A stretch of DNA of 64,000 nucleotides from Trueperaceae bacterium. Its GTDB lineage: Bacteria; Deinococcota; Deinococci; Deinococcales; Trueperaceae. Shown here one piece after another: positions 43,649-53,626 of this stretch (position 1 is the first letter of the stretch; each line of letters begins with the position of its first letter). The stretch is taken from contig OZ243956.1 of the NCBI GenBank assembly GCA_965214405.1, positions 3,328,001 through 3,392,000 on the forward strand, read 5' to 3'. Below the pieces are notes generated by a model. It saw nothing but the letters and a program-made list of their open reading frames with translations. It had not been told where the DNA came from and ran no database searches. A program made the position numbers and the translations under genes.

Positions 43649-44044
43649 ATGAAGTTTCTTGTCTTGCTTTTTGGTCTCACCGTCCTAAGTTTTATGGCTC
43701 CCGCGCTGGCGCAATCCTCGGGAGGCGTGGGGGTGGAAGGTTCGTCTGAGTTTACCTCGTTTGAGACCCTCTTCTTTAGGGCCTTCCGGGTGGTGGACGC
43801 GCCGTGTCCCACGGATATCTTCGGTGACACGTGTTACCTGCACAACTACGATGATGTCTTTGATTTCAAGGAACAGTTTGACCTCCTTTTTCCGGGAAGT
43901 TTGATAGAAGTGGAGCGGTGGACGTTTGCGACCGCCGAAATAGAGGGGGAAGAGGTCGAGTTTTTCAGAGCCACTTACCGCTTGCCTGAGGGAGAGCCGT
44001 TTACGCTGACCTTTAATCCAGGGTATATTTTTCTCGAGCAGTAA
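43649..44044 (+). CDS. Secreted hypothetical protein
   Basis: Signal peptide (ALA-Q), RBS GGAGG, one Cys pair. Confidence 0.7.
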   Translation: MKFLVLLFGLTVLSFMAPALAQSSGGVGVEGSSEFTSFETLFFRAFRVVDAPCPTDIFGDTCYLHNYDDVFDFKEQFDLLFPGSLIEVERWTFATAEIEGEEVEFFRATYRLPEGEPFTLTFNPGYIFLEQ

Positions 44045-44084
44045 CCATCTATCTCCTTACCGCCGCAAGAGGGTGAAAGGGAGA

Positions 44085-45965
44085 TTAAAACCTCAGCAGA
44101 TAGAGCAGCGCCGCCGCGTCCCACGCCTGCGGGCGGCAGGCCACCGGATAGGGGACGGGGGGCGCGTCGGTGCGCTCGTAACCGCCGACGAGTTCGGGTA
44201 GGCGCTTGTCGGGCTGAGAGGCGGCGAGGTCGTAAAGCGCCTCGCGGATGCGCGCGGCCTCCTCTTGAAAACCGTAACGCGCCAGACCGCCCGCGATGAG
44301 CGCGGTGTCGTGCGGCCAGACCGAGCCGTTGTGGTACGACACCGGATTGTAACGCGCCTCGCCCTCGCCGAGCGTGCGGATTCCCCAGCCCGACCAGTTG
44401 GTAGGGGAAAAGAGTGTCTTAACGAGCTTCGGCGCTATCTCCTCAGGGACGATGCCCGTCCAAAGCAGCTGACCCGCGTCGGAGTTGTGAACGCGTAAAG
44501 GTCTTTTGTCGCCGTCCAACGCCATTGCGTAAGTTTGCATGTCAGAAAGCCAAAACGCCTCGTGAAACTTCTCTTTGAGCGCGTCCGCCTCCTCACGCCA
44601 GCGCGCGGCTTTATCCTCCTCGCCTAATGCGGTATAGAAGTCGGCGGCGGCTAAGTAGGCGGCGTAGGCGTAGCCCTGCACCTCGCTCACGGCGAGCGCG
44701 CCGCAAGCGAGCGAACCGTCGGCGTGGCTCATCGAGTCGTGAGAATCTTTCCACGATTGGATGGTGAGGCCCTCTCCGGGTTCTGCGCCCCTAAACTCCA
44801 GAAAGCCGTCGCCGTCAAGGTCGCCGTACTCCTGCATCCAAGTAAGCGCGGCTTCCCAGTTGGGCCTTAGTTCCTTGATAAGCTCGAGTTCCCCCATTTG
44901 CCCCCACAACTCACGCAGCAGCATCACAAAAAGCGCGGTGGCGTCGATGGTGCCGTAGTAGGGACCAAAGGGGACGCGCCCGGTGCGCGAGAGTTCGCCC
45001 TGGCGCAGCTCGTGCATGACTTTGCCGGGGGCCTCGGCGCGGGTGTCGTACAGCATTTTGCCGGGCGCGTCGGCCCCAGCCTCGCCTTTTTCTTCGCCTT
45101 GATAGGCCGCGAGAAAACGTAGCGTTCCCTCGGCAATCTCGGGGTGCCAGGGGAGCATCATAAAAGCCGTCAGCAGCGAGTCGCGGCCAAAGGGCGCGAC
45201 GTACCAGGGGATGCCCGCCGCCGGGAGCGTGCCGCGTTTGTTAAAGAGCAGGAGCGCGCGCAAGTCGTCGATGGCCTGCGTCAAAACTTGCTGATGGGCG
45301 TCTCCCTTTGCCTTTAGGTCAAAGCCGTCGCGCCAGCTTTCATACGTGATAGACGCTTCGTTTGCTGTGCGGGCCTCGAGTGGATTCTCAATCTCCACCC
45401 TGACCTCGAGCCCCACCCTCTCACCGGGTTCTAGGGAAACGGCAAAAGTGACACCGTCTTCTTGAACTTCACTTGTAGAGCGTGAGAAAGAGAGTTTGGT
45501 GGCGACAGAAAGCCCGTCCTCCGCCTTGTAACGCAACGTAAAATGCGTCTCGTCCTTTTTGATTTCAGCGGGGGCGCGCTCAAACCTCGTCCAGCCGCGC
45601 GCCTCGAACATGTCCACAAAATCCGAGGCGAGGGAAAGCTCGAGGCGCAGGTCCCGCGCCTCCAAACTTGTGTTCTCCAACGTCAGCGTGTCCATAAGAC
45701 CGCGCGCTGAAATCTCGAGCCGCCGCCCCACCCCCACAAGCTGCGAGGGACCGTCGATAAGCGCGTAATGCGCCTCAAAATGGTCGGGCCGCGGCGTGTA
45801 GGCCAGGAGCGTTTCGAAGTCCTCTCCGAAGCGCCAGGCGTAGGCGTTCAAAAAGCGCGTGTCACGGTTGTACAGCCCGTGCTCGCCCCCGGTAATCTGG
45901 CCGCCCGCGTCTGCAACGAGGAAGGTATAGTTCGCTTTTAGCACCACGTCTTTACTCAAATCCAT
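44085..45965 (-). CDS. Amylo-alpha-1,6-glucosidase / glycogen-debranching-like glycoside hydrolase
   Basis: AAGIPWY..PFGRDSL, PGKVMHE.R, YYGTIDAT, WKDS, YHNGSVWPHD, ACRPQAW. Confidence 0.9.
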   Translation of the reverse strand: MDLSKDVVLKANYTFLVADAGGQITGGEHGLYNRDTRFLNAYAWRFGEDFETLLAYTPRPDHFEAHYALIDGPSQLVGVGRRLEISARGLMDTLTLENTSLEARDLRLELSLASDFVDMFEARGWTRFERAPAEIKKDETHFTLRYKAEDGLSVATKLSFSRSTSEVQEDGVTFAVSLEPGERVGLEVRVEIENPLEARTANEASITYESWRDGFDLKAKGDAHQQVLTQAIDDLRALLLFNKRGTLPAAGIPWYVAPFGRDSLLTAFMMLPWHPEIAEGTLRFLAAYQGEEKGEAGADAPGKMLYDTRAEAPGKVMHELRQGELSRTGRVPFGPYYGTIDATALFVMLLRELWGQMGELELIKELRPNWEAALTWMQEYGDLDGDGFLEFRGAEPGEGLTIQSWKDSHDSMSHADGSLACGALAVSEVQGYAYAAYLAAADFYTALGEEDKAARWREEADALKEKFHEAFWLSDMQTYAMALDGDKRPLRVHNSDAGQLLWTGIVPEEIAPKLVKTLFSPTNWSGWGIRTLGEGEARYNPVSYHNGSVWPHDTALIAGGLARYGFQEEAARIREALYDLAASQPDKRLPELVGGYERTDAPPVPYPVACRPQAWDAAALLYLLRF

Positions 45966-45991
45966 AACATCCGCCTAAGATAAAATGACAT

Positions 45992-46017
45992 AAAAGGGCT
46001 CGAGCCTTCTCGAGCCC
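45992..46017 (-). terminator. Terminator-like hairpin made of two CTCGAG motifs
   Basis: GGGCTCGAG-CCTT-CTCGAGCCC, followed by TTTT on the minus strand. Confidence 0.65.
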
Positions 46018-46045
46018 CCACGCTTTACTCCTTACTTCTTGCTCC

Positions 46046-47476
46046 CTACTCCTTCGACCCGCCGTACGACACGCCCTCCAAAAAGTAGCGTTGGAACACG
46101 ACGAAAAGGATGATGATGGGCAGCGCGCTCATCACCGCGCCCGCCAGAATGAGACCCCAGTCGCCCGACTGGCCGTAGACGGTGCGGAAGGTCAACAGGC
46201 CAATAGGCAAGGTCTTAACGTCCTCAGGCGTGGTGAGCACGATGAAGGGCCAGAAAAACTCGTTCCAGGCCCCCTGAAAGGTGAGAATCGTCAAGGCCCC
46301 CAGCGCGGGCCGCGCCATCGGCAGGACGACGCGCCAGTAGCGCTGCCACTGGTTGGTGCCGTCGATCATCGCCGCCTCCTCAATTTCGCGCGGGATGGAC
46401 TCGAAAAATTGCTTCATGATAAAGACCGCGCCCGCGCCCACCAAACCCGATAGGATCACGCCCCAGAGCGAATTGAGCAGCGTCGGCTGACCCCACAATC
46501 TTGACAACCCGAAAATCCCGTCGCGCAAGACGAGATAGTTGGAGATAAAAATCACCTGCGCGGGAATCATCTGCGCGAACAAGATGAGGACGAAGATGAG
46601 GTTTTTGCCGGGGAACGTGAGTCTGGCTAACGCGTATCCCGCCATCGAAGCAAAGAGCAGCGTCGAGAGCACCTTGGCGACGGCGATAAAAAAGGAGTTC
46701 GCAATCCAGCTTAGAAACAAACTGCGCCCGGTGGTGATGCTCCGCGCCTCGTTAAAGACGCGGCGGTAGTTGTTGAATACGAACCCGAGCACGCCCGGCG
46801 CGACGTTGTCGAAAGACGCGACGCGGCCCCGGCGCTCGATGCGCGTCTGCGTAAGTTCCGAGCGAACGAACTCCTGACCCCTCGGCGCGGTCACATCCAG
46901 GGGCAGCGCGTCCACCACGGGACCCTCGCCGGGATACTGGATGCTAAAGCCGTAAGTGACGAAGGTACCGGGCACGACCTCGCCGTCCACGCGGTACTCT
47001 CCCGCTTCGCTCGAGACCTCCTGCACAGGCGTCACCGCGGCGTAGTCCGCGGCGTAGTCGATTTGCTGCACCGCGCCCAAACCCCCGCCGGGTCTGCGGC
47101 GCGGCACCGCCGCCTCGGGCGTCTCAGGCGTCGTGCCCTCGGGGACGAAGTAGGTGAGCTCAAAGGGCACCGTGGCCCCCGGCGCGAAGCCGCCCCACCA
47201 CCTGTCATTCGCGCCCGCCGCGCCGAGTCGCGCCGCCGCCGACCAATTGCGCGGACTGAATTGCGGGATGGCGAGCGTGGGCGGGTACTCTAGGGGATCC
47301 GTCTTGAGGCTCGAGACGGTCGCAAACAGCAAGGGGCCTAAAAAAATAATCGCAAAAAACAGCATCACCACGTACATAATGCCCGCGCGCGCCCAGCGGC
47401 GGCGCGCCTGCCAGCGCTCAAACTCGCGTTCGCTCACCCAGGTGGGTCTGGCGTTGGGAACGGTTGCTTGCGCCAT
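46046..47476 (-). CDS. Carbohydrate ABC transporter permease with a large extracytoplasmic insertion
   Basis: EAA motif (EIEEAAMIDG), WNEFFWP, FQRYF. Confidence 0.92.
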   Translation of the reverse strand: MAQATVPNARPTWVSEREFERWQARRRWARAGIMYVVMLFFAIIFLGPLLFATVSSLKTDPLEYPPTLAIPQFSPRNWSAAARLGAAGANDRWWGGFAPGATVPFELTYFVPEGTTPETPEAAVPRRRPGGGLGAVQQIDYAADYAAVTPVQEVSSEAGEYRVDGEVVPGTFVTYGFSIQYPGEGPVVDALPLDVTAPRGQEFVRSELTQTRIERRGRVASFDNVAPGVLGFVFNNYRRVFNEARSITTGRSLFLSWIANSFFIAVAKVLSTLLFASMAGYALARLTFPGKNLIFVLILFAQMIPAQVIFISNYLVLRDGIFGLSRLWGQPTLLNSLWGVILSGLVGAGAVFIMKQFFESIPREIEEAAMIDGTNQWQRYWRVVLPMARPALGALTILTFQGAWNEFFWPFIVLTTPEDVKTLPIGLLTFRTVYGQSGDWGLILAGAVMSALPIIILFVVFQRYFLEGVSYGGSKE

Positions 47477-47477
47477 C

Positions 47478-48593
47478 TCAGCCCTCCGAACGAATAAAGC
47501 GGCGCTGCAAGAGCACGATGAGAAGCGTTAAAACGGCCAAGAACATCGCCGCCGCCGAAGCAAAGCCGACCTCGGGAAGCTGCGCGCCGGGGAACATGCG
47601 GGTATAGACGAAATAAGCCAGGGTGATGACGCTCCTGAGCGGCACCGCGTTGCCGAAAATCGCCACCTGGTCGAACATTTGTAGCGTCCCAATCAGCCCC
47701 AACGTCACCACCAAAAACGTCACGGGTTGCACCGCGGGGATGGTGATGTAAAAAAACTGCTGCACGGGCGTCGCGCCGTCCAAGGCTGAAGCCTCATACT
47801 GCGACTTGGGCACGTCCTGGAGCGCGGCCAAAAACATCAGCATAAAGGTGGGCACGGTGGTAAATACGTTCATAATCATGATGGCGATGAGCGGGATGGG
47901 CGCGCGCAAAAACTCCGGGAAAGCGCTCGGCACCTCCTGCCGCGTCTGCAACCACACGAAGTCAACGGGCGCTATATCACGTGGCCCAATTACGCCCGCA
48001 AAGGTGAGTCCCCACGTGCCTGCCAAGGCGACTAAAAAAGAGATAACGAACAGCGCCGGGTCGGTCCACTTGGCAGGTAGGCCGCGAGAGCGCTCAAACG
48101 CCACCTGCGCAAATTGCAGCACCGCCAAAATCCCGACGAACACGCCGATAAGCGGCGCATAGGAGCCTATTTGCGTCGCCAAAAAGTTAAAAAGCCCCTG
48201 CTTCTGGTACATCCATAAGAAAATAAGCGTGATGACGACCGACGAGGTCACGCTCGGCATGTAGTAAGCCGCGCGGAAGAAGTTGAGCCCGCGGATGTTG
48301 GTGTTGAGCACCGCGGCCATCACGAGCGCGCCAAAGGTCTGGATAGTCGTGACCACGGCGGCAAAAACGAGTGTGTTGCGGAGCGCGGCGAGAAAGCTGT
48401 CCTCGCGGAAAAGGTTGGCGTAGTTGCGCAGCCCCACCCATTCGGGCGCGTTGAAAAGGTCGTAGTTGGTAAACGAAAAATAAACCGCGCGCACCGTCGC
48501 GTAAACAAAAAAGATGCCCAGCGTGAGCAAAAATGGCGCGAGGAAAAGGTACGCCGCGGTCACCTCTTGTTGTCTGGCTCTCAAACCCATCAC
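47478..48593 (-). CDS. Carbohydrate ABC transporter permease
   Basis: WVGLRNY, YEASALDGA, LQMFDQV. Confidence 0.92.
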   Translation of the reverse strand: MMGLRARQQEVTAAYLFLAPFLLTLGIFFVYATVRAVYFSFTNYDLFNAPEWVGLRNYANLFREDSFLAALRNTLVFAAVVTTIQTFGALVMAAVLNTNIRGLNFFRAAYYMPSVTSSVVITLIFLWMYQKQGLFNFLATQIGSYAPLIGVFVGILAVLQFAQVAFERSRGLPAKWTDPALFVISFLVALAGTWGLTFAGVIGPRDIAPVDFVWLQTRQEVPSAFPEFLRAPIPLIAIMIMNVFTTVPTFMLMFLAALQDVPKSQYEASALDGATPVQQFFYITIPAVQPVTFLVVTLGLIGTLQMFDQVAIFGNAVPLRSVITLAYFVYTRMFPGAQLPEVGFASAAAMFLAVLTLLIVLLQRRFIRSEG

Positions 48594-48655
48594 CTGCCCT
48601 TTGAGGAGATGTTAAGAGGGAGGCGGCGAGGCCGCCTCCACTCTGGAGAATCTGT

Positions 48656-49894
48656 TTACTGCCTCGAGCGCTCGATAATCGCGTTGAGTTCTTCCTGCGC
48701 GCTTTGCAGCGCGGTCTGGGTGTCCGCCTGACCGGTCATCACCGCGGTCATCGCGTTGGCGATGGGCGTTAAGTAGTCCGTGCCGACCGCGCCGAACTGG
48801 TAGCCCTCGACGTTGCCCGAGGTGGCACCCTCAAAGATAGTGGCGTTGGCCTGCGCTTCGGGGGTGTCTTGGTCGAAGTAGGCGTTGTCGGCCAAAGACT
48901 CACGGCTCGGGATGGCTAAGCCTTGCTCCAACACGAACTGCTGCGCCTCCTCGCTCGTCAGCGCCTCGACGACCTTGACTGCGGCGTCGCGGTTGGGCGA
49001 GTCGGAGTTGACGCCCCAGGCGACCGTGAAGAGGTAGTTGCCGCGCTCGCCCGTGGTGGGGGAGACGGGCAAGAGCGACGTGCCGTAGGGCAAGTTGGGC
49101 GCGTTGTCGCGCAAGAAACCCAGAATCCAGGCCCCTTCGATAGCGACCCCCGCTTGTTCTTGGGCGAGGCAGTCGCCGGGCCAACCCGCGCCGACGTCCG
49201 AGGGCTGCACCGCCACGCCCTCTTGCACCAAGCCCGTGTACCAATTGAAAGCGTCCACGAAACCTTCGCTTTGTAGGTCGGTGTTGCCGTCCGCGTCAAA
49301 CTTGTCCCAGCCGTTCGCAAAGGCGAACGCGCCCTCGCGCGCGAAGTCGGCGGGCAAGCAGATGCCGTACACGTCGTCGCCGAGCTCGCTCACCTGGCGA
49401 AGCTTGTCCGCGAAGGTTTCCCAGGTGTCGTCGGCGGTGGGGTACTCGACCTCGGCCTCGTCAAAAAGGTCTTCGTTGTAAAAAACCGCCAGCGTATTGA
49501 AGTCTTTGGGGACACCGTAAACCTGACCGTCTACTGTGTAAACCTCGATGAGGTTGTCGAGAAAGGGGTCTGTGTCGATGACGCCGCCCAATGGCAGCAC
49601 CTTGCCCGTGGCAATGAGGCCGGGCGCGGTCGAGTCGGGTATGTAGAACACGTCGGCGGCGGTTCCGGCGGAAAGCGCGTTGGTCAAAGCGGCGTTGTAG
49701 TCGCCCTCCAAGGGCTCGTACTGAACCGTAATGCCCTCTTGCTCGAGCTGAGCACCGACGACTTCATCTAAAAGCCGCTGCACGACGGCGGGGTCCTGAC
49801 CGCCGTAGCCCATGATGCGGACGGTGGTGTTCTGGGCGGAGCTGCAGCCCACAAATAGGAGCAGCGTAACCAGGATAAAGAAAACTTTTTTCAC
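48656..49894 (-). CDS. Carbohydrate ABC transporter substrate-binding protein
   Basis: Signal peptide, YGVPKDFNTLAVFYNEDLF, EGAW. GTG start after AAGGAGG. Confidence 0.92.
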   Translation of the reverse strand: MKKVFFILVTLLLFVGCSSAQNTTVRIMGYGGQDPAVVQRLLDEVVGAQLEQEGITVQYEPLEGDYNAALTNALSAGTAADVFYIPDSTAPGLIATGKVLPLGGVIDTDPFLDNLIEVYTVDGQVYGVPKDFNTLAVFYNEDLFDEAEVEYPTADDTWETFADKLRQVSELGDDVYGICLPADFAREGAFAFANGWDKFDADGNTDLQSEGFVDAFNWYTGLVQEGVAVQPSDVGAGWPGDCLAQEQAGVAIEGAWILGFLRDNAPNLPYGTSLLPVSPTTGERGNYLFTVAWGVNSDSPNRDAAVKVVEALTSEEAQQFVLEQGLAIPSRESLADNAYFDQDTPEAQANATIFEGATSGNVEGYQFGAVGTDYLTPIANAMTAVMTGQADTQTALQSAQEELNAIIERSRQ

Positions 49895-49981
49895 GTGTCC
49901 TCCTTGGACAAGGTTGAGAAACAAAAAGGGCAAGAGGTTTGGGTGCTGTGAATCACTAAGAGTAAATACAAAAACTTTACG

Positions 49982-50983
49982 CTATGACCACCTCCTCGAG
50001 CTCGTGCCGCGCACCACCAACTGAACGGGAACGCGCTCATGCCTCACCGCTGCGCCCGCCAGCCCCTCCTTTAAGAGCGCGACCGCCGACGCCGCCATAC
50101 GCCCCACGTCCTGCCGCACCGTCGTGAGCCCCCCGCTTAAGTCCTCCCCAACCTCCGGCAGGTCGTCAAAGCCCACCACCGACACGTCCGTGGGCACGCG
50201 GCAGCCCACGTCCTCTAAAGCCGCCACCACCCCCACCGCCATCTCGTCCGACGCGGCAAACACGGCGCTAAACCGCTCCCCCCTTTCCCAGGCCCTACGC
50301 ACCGCCCGGTAAGCGCCCAACGAGGTAAAGCCGCCGTCGAGAAGCGGGGGGGGCTCTAACCCTGCCTCCTCAAAGGCCGCCGCGCAACCGCGATAACGGT
50401 CGCGCGCGGCCTGGTCGAACAGGGGTCCGCTCACGTGGACAACGCGCTCGTGGCCGAGCCGCAGGAGGTGCCGCGTCGCCTGGAGCCCGCCGTCCACGTC
50501 GTCGGGCGCGACCCAGCGCACCCCCGCCTGGTGACCGAGCAGCACAAAGGGCACCCCCGCCGCCTGTAAATAAGGCACGCGCGGGTCGTCGTCGTGCGCG
50601 CCCAAAAGGATGACGCCGTCGGTGACCCTTTCGGGCAAGCCGTCGGGCCGAGAGGGAATCTCTTCCAAGTGGTAGCCGCCGGACTGAAGCTCGTCCATGA
50701 GGTGCTCTAGCAGGAGGATGAAAAAGGGGATGAAACGGCGACGGCCCGCCGCGACGTTGAGGCCGACGCGCGTGGCCGGGCCGCGCGAGAGCGCTCTCGC
50801 CGCCGTGTCGGGGCGGTAGTCGAGACGCGCGACGGTCTCGAGCACCTGCGAACGCGTTTGTGGTTTGACTCCTTCACGGTTGTTGAGCACCCGGCTCACC
50901 GTCCCTGTCGAAAAACCCGCGGCCCTGGCGACGTCCTCGATGGTGAGCCGCGGAGATGTAGCAGGCGTGTCTGACTTTGCCAC
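49982..50983 (-). CDS. LacI-family transcriptional regulator
   Basis: TIEDVARAAGFSTGTVSRVLN, SVVGFDD, LTTVRQ. Confidence 0.93.
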   Translation of the reverse strand: MAKSDTPATSPRLTIEDVARAAGFSTGTVSRVLNNREGVKPQTRSQVLETVARLDYRPDTAARALSRGPATRVGLNVAAGRRRFIPFFILLLEHLMDELQSGGYHLEEIPSRPDGLPERVTDGVILLGAHDDDPRVPYLQAAGVPFVLLGHQAGVRWVAPDDVDGGLQATRHLLRLGHERVVHVSGPLFDQAARDRYRGCAAAFEEAGLEPPPLLDGGFTSLGAYRAVRRAWERGERFSAVFAASDEMAVGVVAALEDVGCRVPTDVSVVGFDDLPEVGEDLSGGLTTVRQDVGRMAASAVALLKEGLAGAAVRHERVPVQLVVRGTSSRRWS

Positions 50984-51023
50984 TCGAGCTCCTACTCCGG
51001 TAAAGAATTCCGTTTCACCCCCC

Positions 51024-51083
51024 TGTAACCGCTTACAACGTGTTGATTCGCCTAGCTTACGCCCGCCCGCCGTAGCTGTCAAG
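51024..51083 (-). promoter_or_regulatory. Sigma70 promoter and LacI-type operator for the lacI-ABC operon
   Basis: Minus strand TTGACA-17 nt-TAAGCT. Operator TGTAACCGCTTACA at 51024-51037. Confidence 0.75.
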
Positions 51084-51192
51084 AGTCTGGTCGCTACTTG
51101 CCGTCCTTATCTTCCTTTTTAAGCTCTGCGTGTCAGCTTTTGTAAGTTTTTGGGAGCTCCCCCCACTCGTCTGGCGGTCCGTCTATAGATTT

Positions 51193-51206
51193 TGTAAACG
51201 CTTCCA
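51193..51206. promoter_or_regulatory. Second LacI-type operator candidate
   Basis: TGTAAACGCTTCCA, 12/14 identical to the 51024 site. Confidence 0.55.
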
Positions 51207-51262
51207 AAATTCTTAGGGAACGGTAAAGGTGATGTTCTCAAACCAAAGCGTTAGATTGGTGT

Positions 51263-52195
51263 ATGCTTCAACGTTCGCTGTTGCTACTTGCTCCCAAGAT
51301 TTTACGCTGGGAAACTCAAAAGTTGCCTAAGCCTGCTGGTAACGAGGTGCTGGTCCGCACCCTTTACGGCGCGGTGAGCGTCGGCACCGAAGTACCGCTC
51401 TACGCGGGTACGTCGCGGGGTGGCGTGACGGAATATCCCAAGATGACGGGCTACGAGAGTTACGGCGTGGTCGAGGCCTGCGGCCTGGCGGTGCGTGAAC
51501 TAAAAACAGGGGACAGGGTCGTCTCTTTTTACGGCCACCGGACGCACGCCAATGAGCCCGAAACCAGGTTCATTCGCGTACCGGAGGGGCTCGAGCCCTC
51601 CTTGGCGCTCCTCGTCATCCTCTCCTGCGACGTAAAAAAAGGGATTTCAAAAGTTGCGCCTGATAGAGGAGAACGGGTGCTCGTCACGGGTGCGGGCGCA
51701 ATAGGATTTCTCACTCTGTTCATGCTTAAAGCTCTCGGTGTTGAGGCTGTGAATGTGGTGGAAAGGCTGCCAGAACGGCTCGAGCTCGCCCGAACTTTAG
51801 GCGCGCAAAACGTGTGGAAGCCCGAGGAGGCTGAGGGCGCTGACGCCGTTTACGCGGTTGGATTTGAGTGCTCGAGCCGCGACGCCGCTTTCGCCCTTCT
51901 CCAGAACAAGCTTCTCCCCAACGGTCGCCTCTGCGTTCTCGCCGACGGCAATGTGGAGCCGCTGACGTTGACGCCAAAGTTTCACGAAAAAGAATTGGAG
52001 GTGGTGGGCTCGAGCGACGGCGTGGACTATCCCGGCCACGCCGAATGGTTTTACGCGCTGCCGGACCTGCCTAAGCTGGACGCGCTTTATGACCTCCGCG
52101 TGTCGGCGCTCGAGCTACCCAAGACTTTTGAGAGGATGGCGCGCGGGGAGATGCAGCCCGTCAAAATTTTGGTGACATATGAGGACGCCTTTTAG
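51263..52195 (+). CDS. MDR-family (zinc-type alcohol dehydrogenase-like) oxidoreductase
   Basis: AVSVGTE, GYESYG, GDRV, TGAGAIG. Confidence 0.82.
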   Translation: MLQRSLLLLAPKILRWETQKLPKPAGNEVLVRTLYGAVSVGTEVPLYAGTSRGGVTEYPKMTGYESYGVVEACGLAVRELKTGDRVVSFYGHRTHANEPETRFIRVPEGLEPSLALLVILSCDVKKGISKVAPDRGERVLVTGAGAIGFLTLFMLKALGVEAVNVVERLPERLELARTLGAQNVWKPEEAEGADAVYAVGFECSSRDAAFALLQNKLLPNGRLCVLADGNVEPLTLTPKFHEKELEVVGSSDGVDYPGHAEWFYALPDLPKLDALYDLRVSALELPKTFERMARGEMQPVKILVTYEDAF

Positions 52196-52261
52196 ATTTG
52201 GATAGCTGTCAAGAGTAGAGGCAAGTAAGAGTAGGATAACGTTGTTATGTTATGATGCGTT

Positions 52262-52525
52262 ATGACGACCGTAAGCGAAAAGAAGCGCACGACCATCTAC
52301 ATGTCCCCGGAGGTGCTCGAGTATTTGGGCATTCGCCGCGCCAAGGGTGCGGGCAGCGTGTCGCAACAGCTTGAAGATTTGGTACGTGAGAAAATGCCGC
52401 GCCGTTTGAGCGGAGAAGATATCAAGGCGTTAGAAGCTCGAGACGTGGCGGGTTATCGGGCGCAGCCGCAGACGCAAGATGAGCTCGAGCCCTGGCTTAG
52501 CGAGCAGGTCTGGGCTGAGGAGTGA
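52262..52525 (+). CDS. Type II antitoxin (RHH-like)
   Basis: KRTTIYMS...; C-terminal GYRAQPQ..DE...W. GTGA-coupled to the toxin. Confidence 0.72.
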   Translation: MTTVSEKKRTTIYMSPEVLEYLGIRRAKGAGSVSQQLEDLVREKMPRRLSGEDIKALEARDVAGYRAQPQTQDELEPWLSEQVWAEE

Positions 52526-52845
52526 AGCGCGGCGAGGTGCGCTGGTACACCTTCCGGGAGCCCGACAAGCGACGCCCGGTGCTCGTTCTCACCCGCAACA
52601 ACAGCATCGGCGTCTTGACCGCGCTGACCGTGGCTCCCATCACCTCGACCATCCGTGACGTGCCCTCGGAAGTCCTACTTAGTGAGGAAGACGGACTCAT
52701 GAACGAATGCGTCGTCAACCTGCACAGCCTGCAAACGGTACCCAAGGACAAGCTGGGACCGCATATCGCCACGCTATCTGGTGAGCGAATACGCGAGGTC
52801 GAGGCGGCTCTTTCTTTTGCACTCGGTTTTGAGGAGCTTGTGTGA
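52522..52845 (+). CDS. mazF: PemK/MazF toxin
   Basis: MKRGEVRW...PDKRRPVLVLTR, VAPITSTIR, LQTVPK. Confidence 0.9.
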   Translation: MKRGEVRWYTFREPDKRRPVLVLTRNNSIGVLTALTVAPITSTIRDVPSEVLLSEEDGLMNECVVNLHSLQTVPKDKLGPHIATLSGERIREVEAALSFALGFEELV

Positions 52846-53567
52846 ATGAACCCCAGCCTCCAAATATGACCAACACCTACTCCCGCACATGGTTCGAGCT
52901 GTTTCTGGAAACGCAGCGGTTTACCGAACTCGAGACCGCCTTTATTACCCGCCACCTCCCCAACCCGCCCTATAACAAGGTGCTCGACTCGCCCTGCGGC
53001 AGGGGGCGGCACGCCAACGCGCTCGCCAAACGTGGGTATGAGGTGGTGGGGGTGGACATAGACGGGGCGGCGCTGGCTGTTGCTGAGCGGGAGGCGGCGG
53101 GCGCGGTTAAGTACATCGAGATGGACATGCGCCACATCGAAAGTTTGGATGCTGATTTTGATGCGGTGCTCTCGCTCTGGCAGAGTTTCGGTTACTTTGA
53201 CGAGACGACGAACCGCGACGTGCTCAAAGGGATGAGTGAACGCCTGCGTCCGAAAGGGCGCTTGATTTTAGACATCTACCACCGTGAGTTTTTCGAGGAG
53301 CGTGGGGGAACGGAGGTGCTCGAGCGCCTTGGCACCACCATCCGCGCGACGAACACCATGAAGGGCAACCGGCTCACCGCGCATTTGGAATATGAGGGTG
53401 GCGGCTCCGACACCTTTGACTGGCAGCTTTACACGCCGGACGAAATCACCACGCTCGCGGCGGCGTGCGGCCTGCGCCTCCTCTTAGCGTGTACATGGTT
53501 CGACGAGACCAAACCGCCCTCCCCGGAGGTCTCGAGGGTGCAGTTTGTCTTCGAAAAGAGAGCGTAA
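52842..53567 (+). CDS. Class I SAM-dependent methyltransferase
   Basis: VLDSPCGRGRH, VVGVDID, DMRH, FDAVL, SFGYF. Confidence 0.9.
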   Translation: MNEPQPPNMTNTYSRTWFELFLETQRFTELETAFITRHLPNPPYNKVLDSPCGRGRHANALAKRGYEVVGVDIDGAALAVAEREAAGAVKYIEMDMRHIESLDADFDAVLSLWQSFGYFDETTNRDVLKGMSERLRPKGRLILDIYHREFFEERGGTEVLERLGTTIRATNTMKGNRLTAHLEYEGGGSDTFDWQLYTPDEITTLAAACGLRLLLACTWFDETKPPSPEVSRVQFVFEKRA

Positions 53568-53626
53568 AGGGCTCTATTTGAAGTAAATTCCGCGCCTTTT
53601 TGCCCAAAGCTCGTTACAATACCTTT

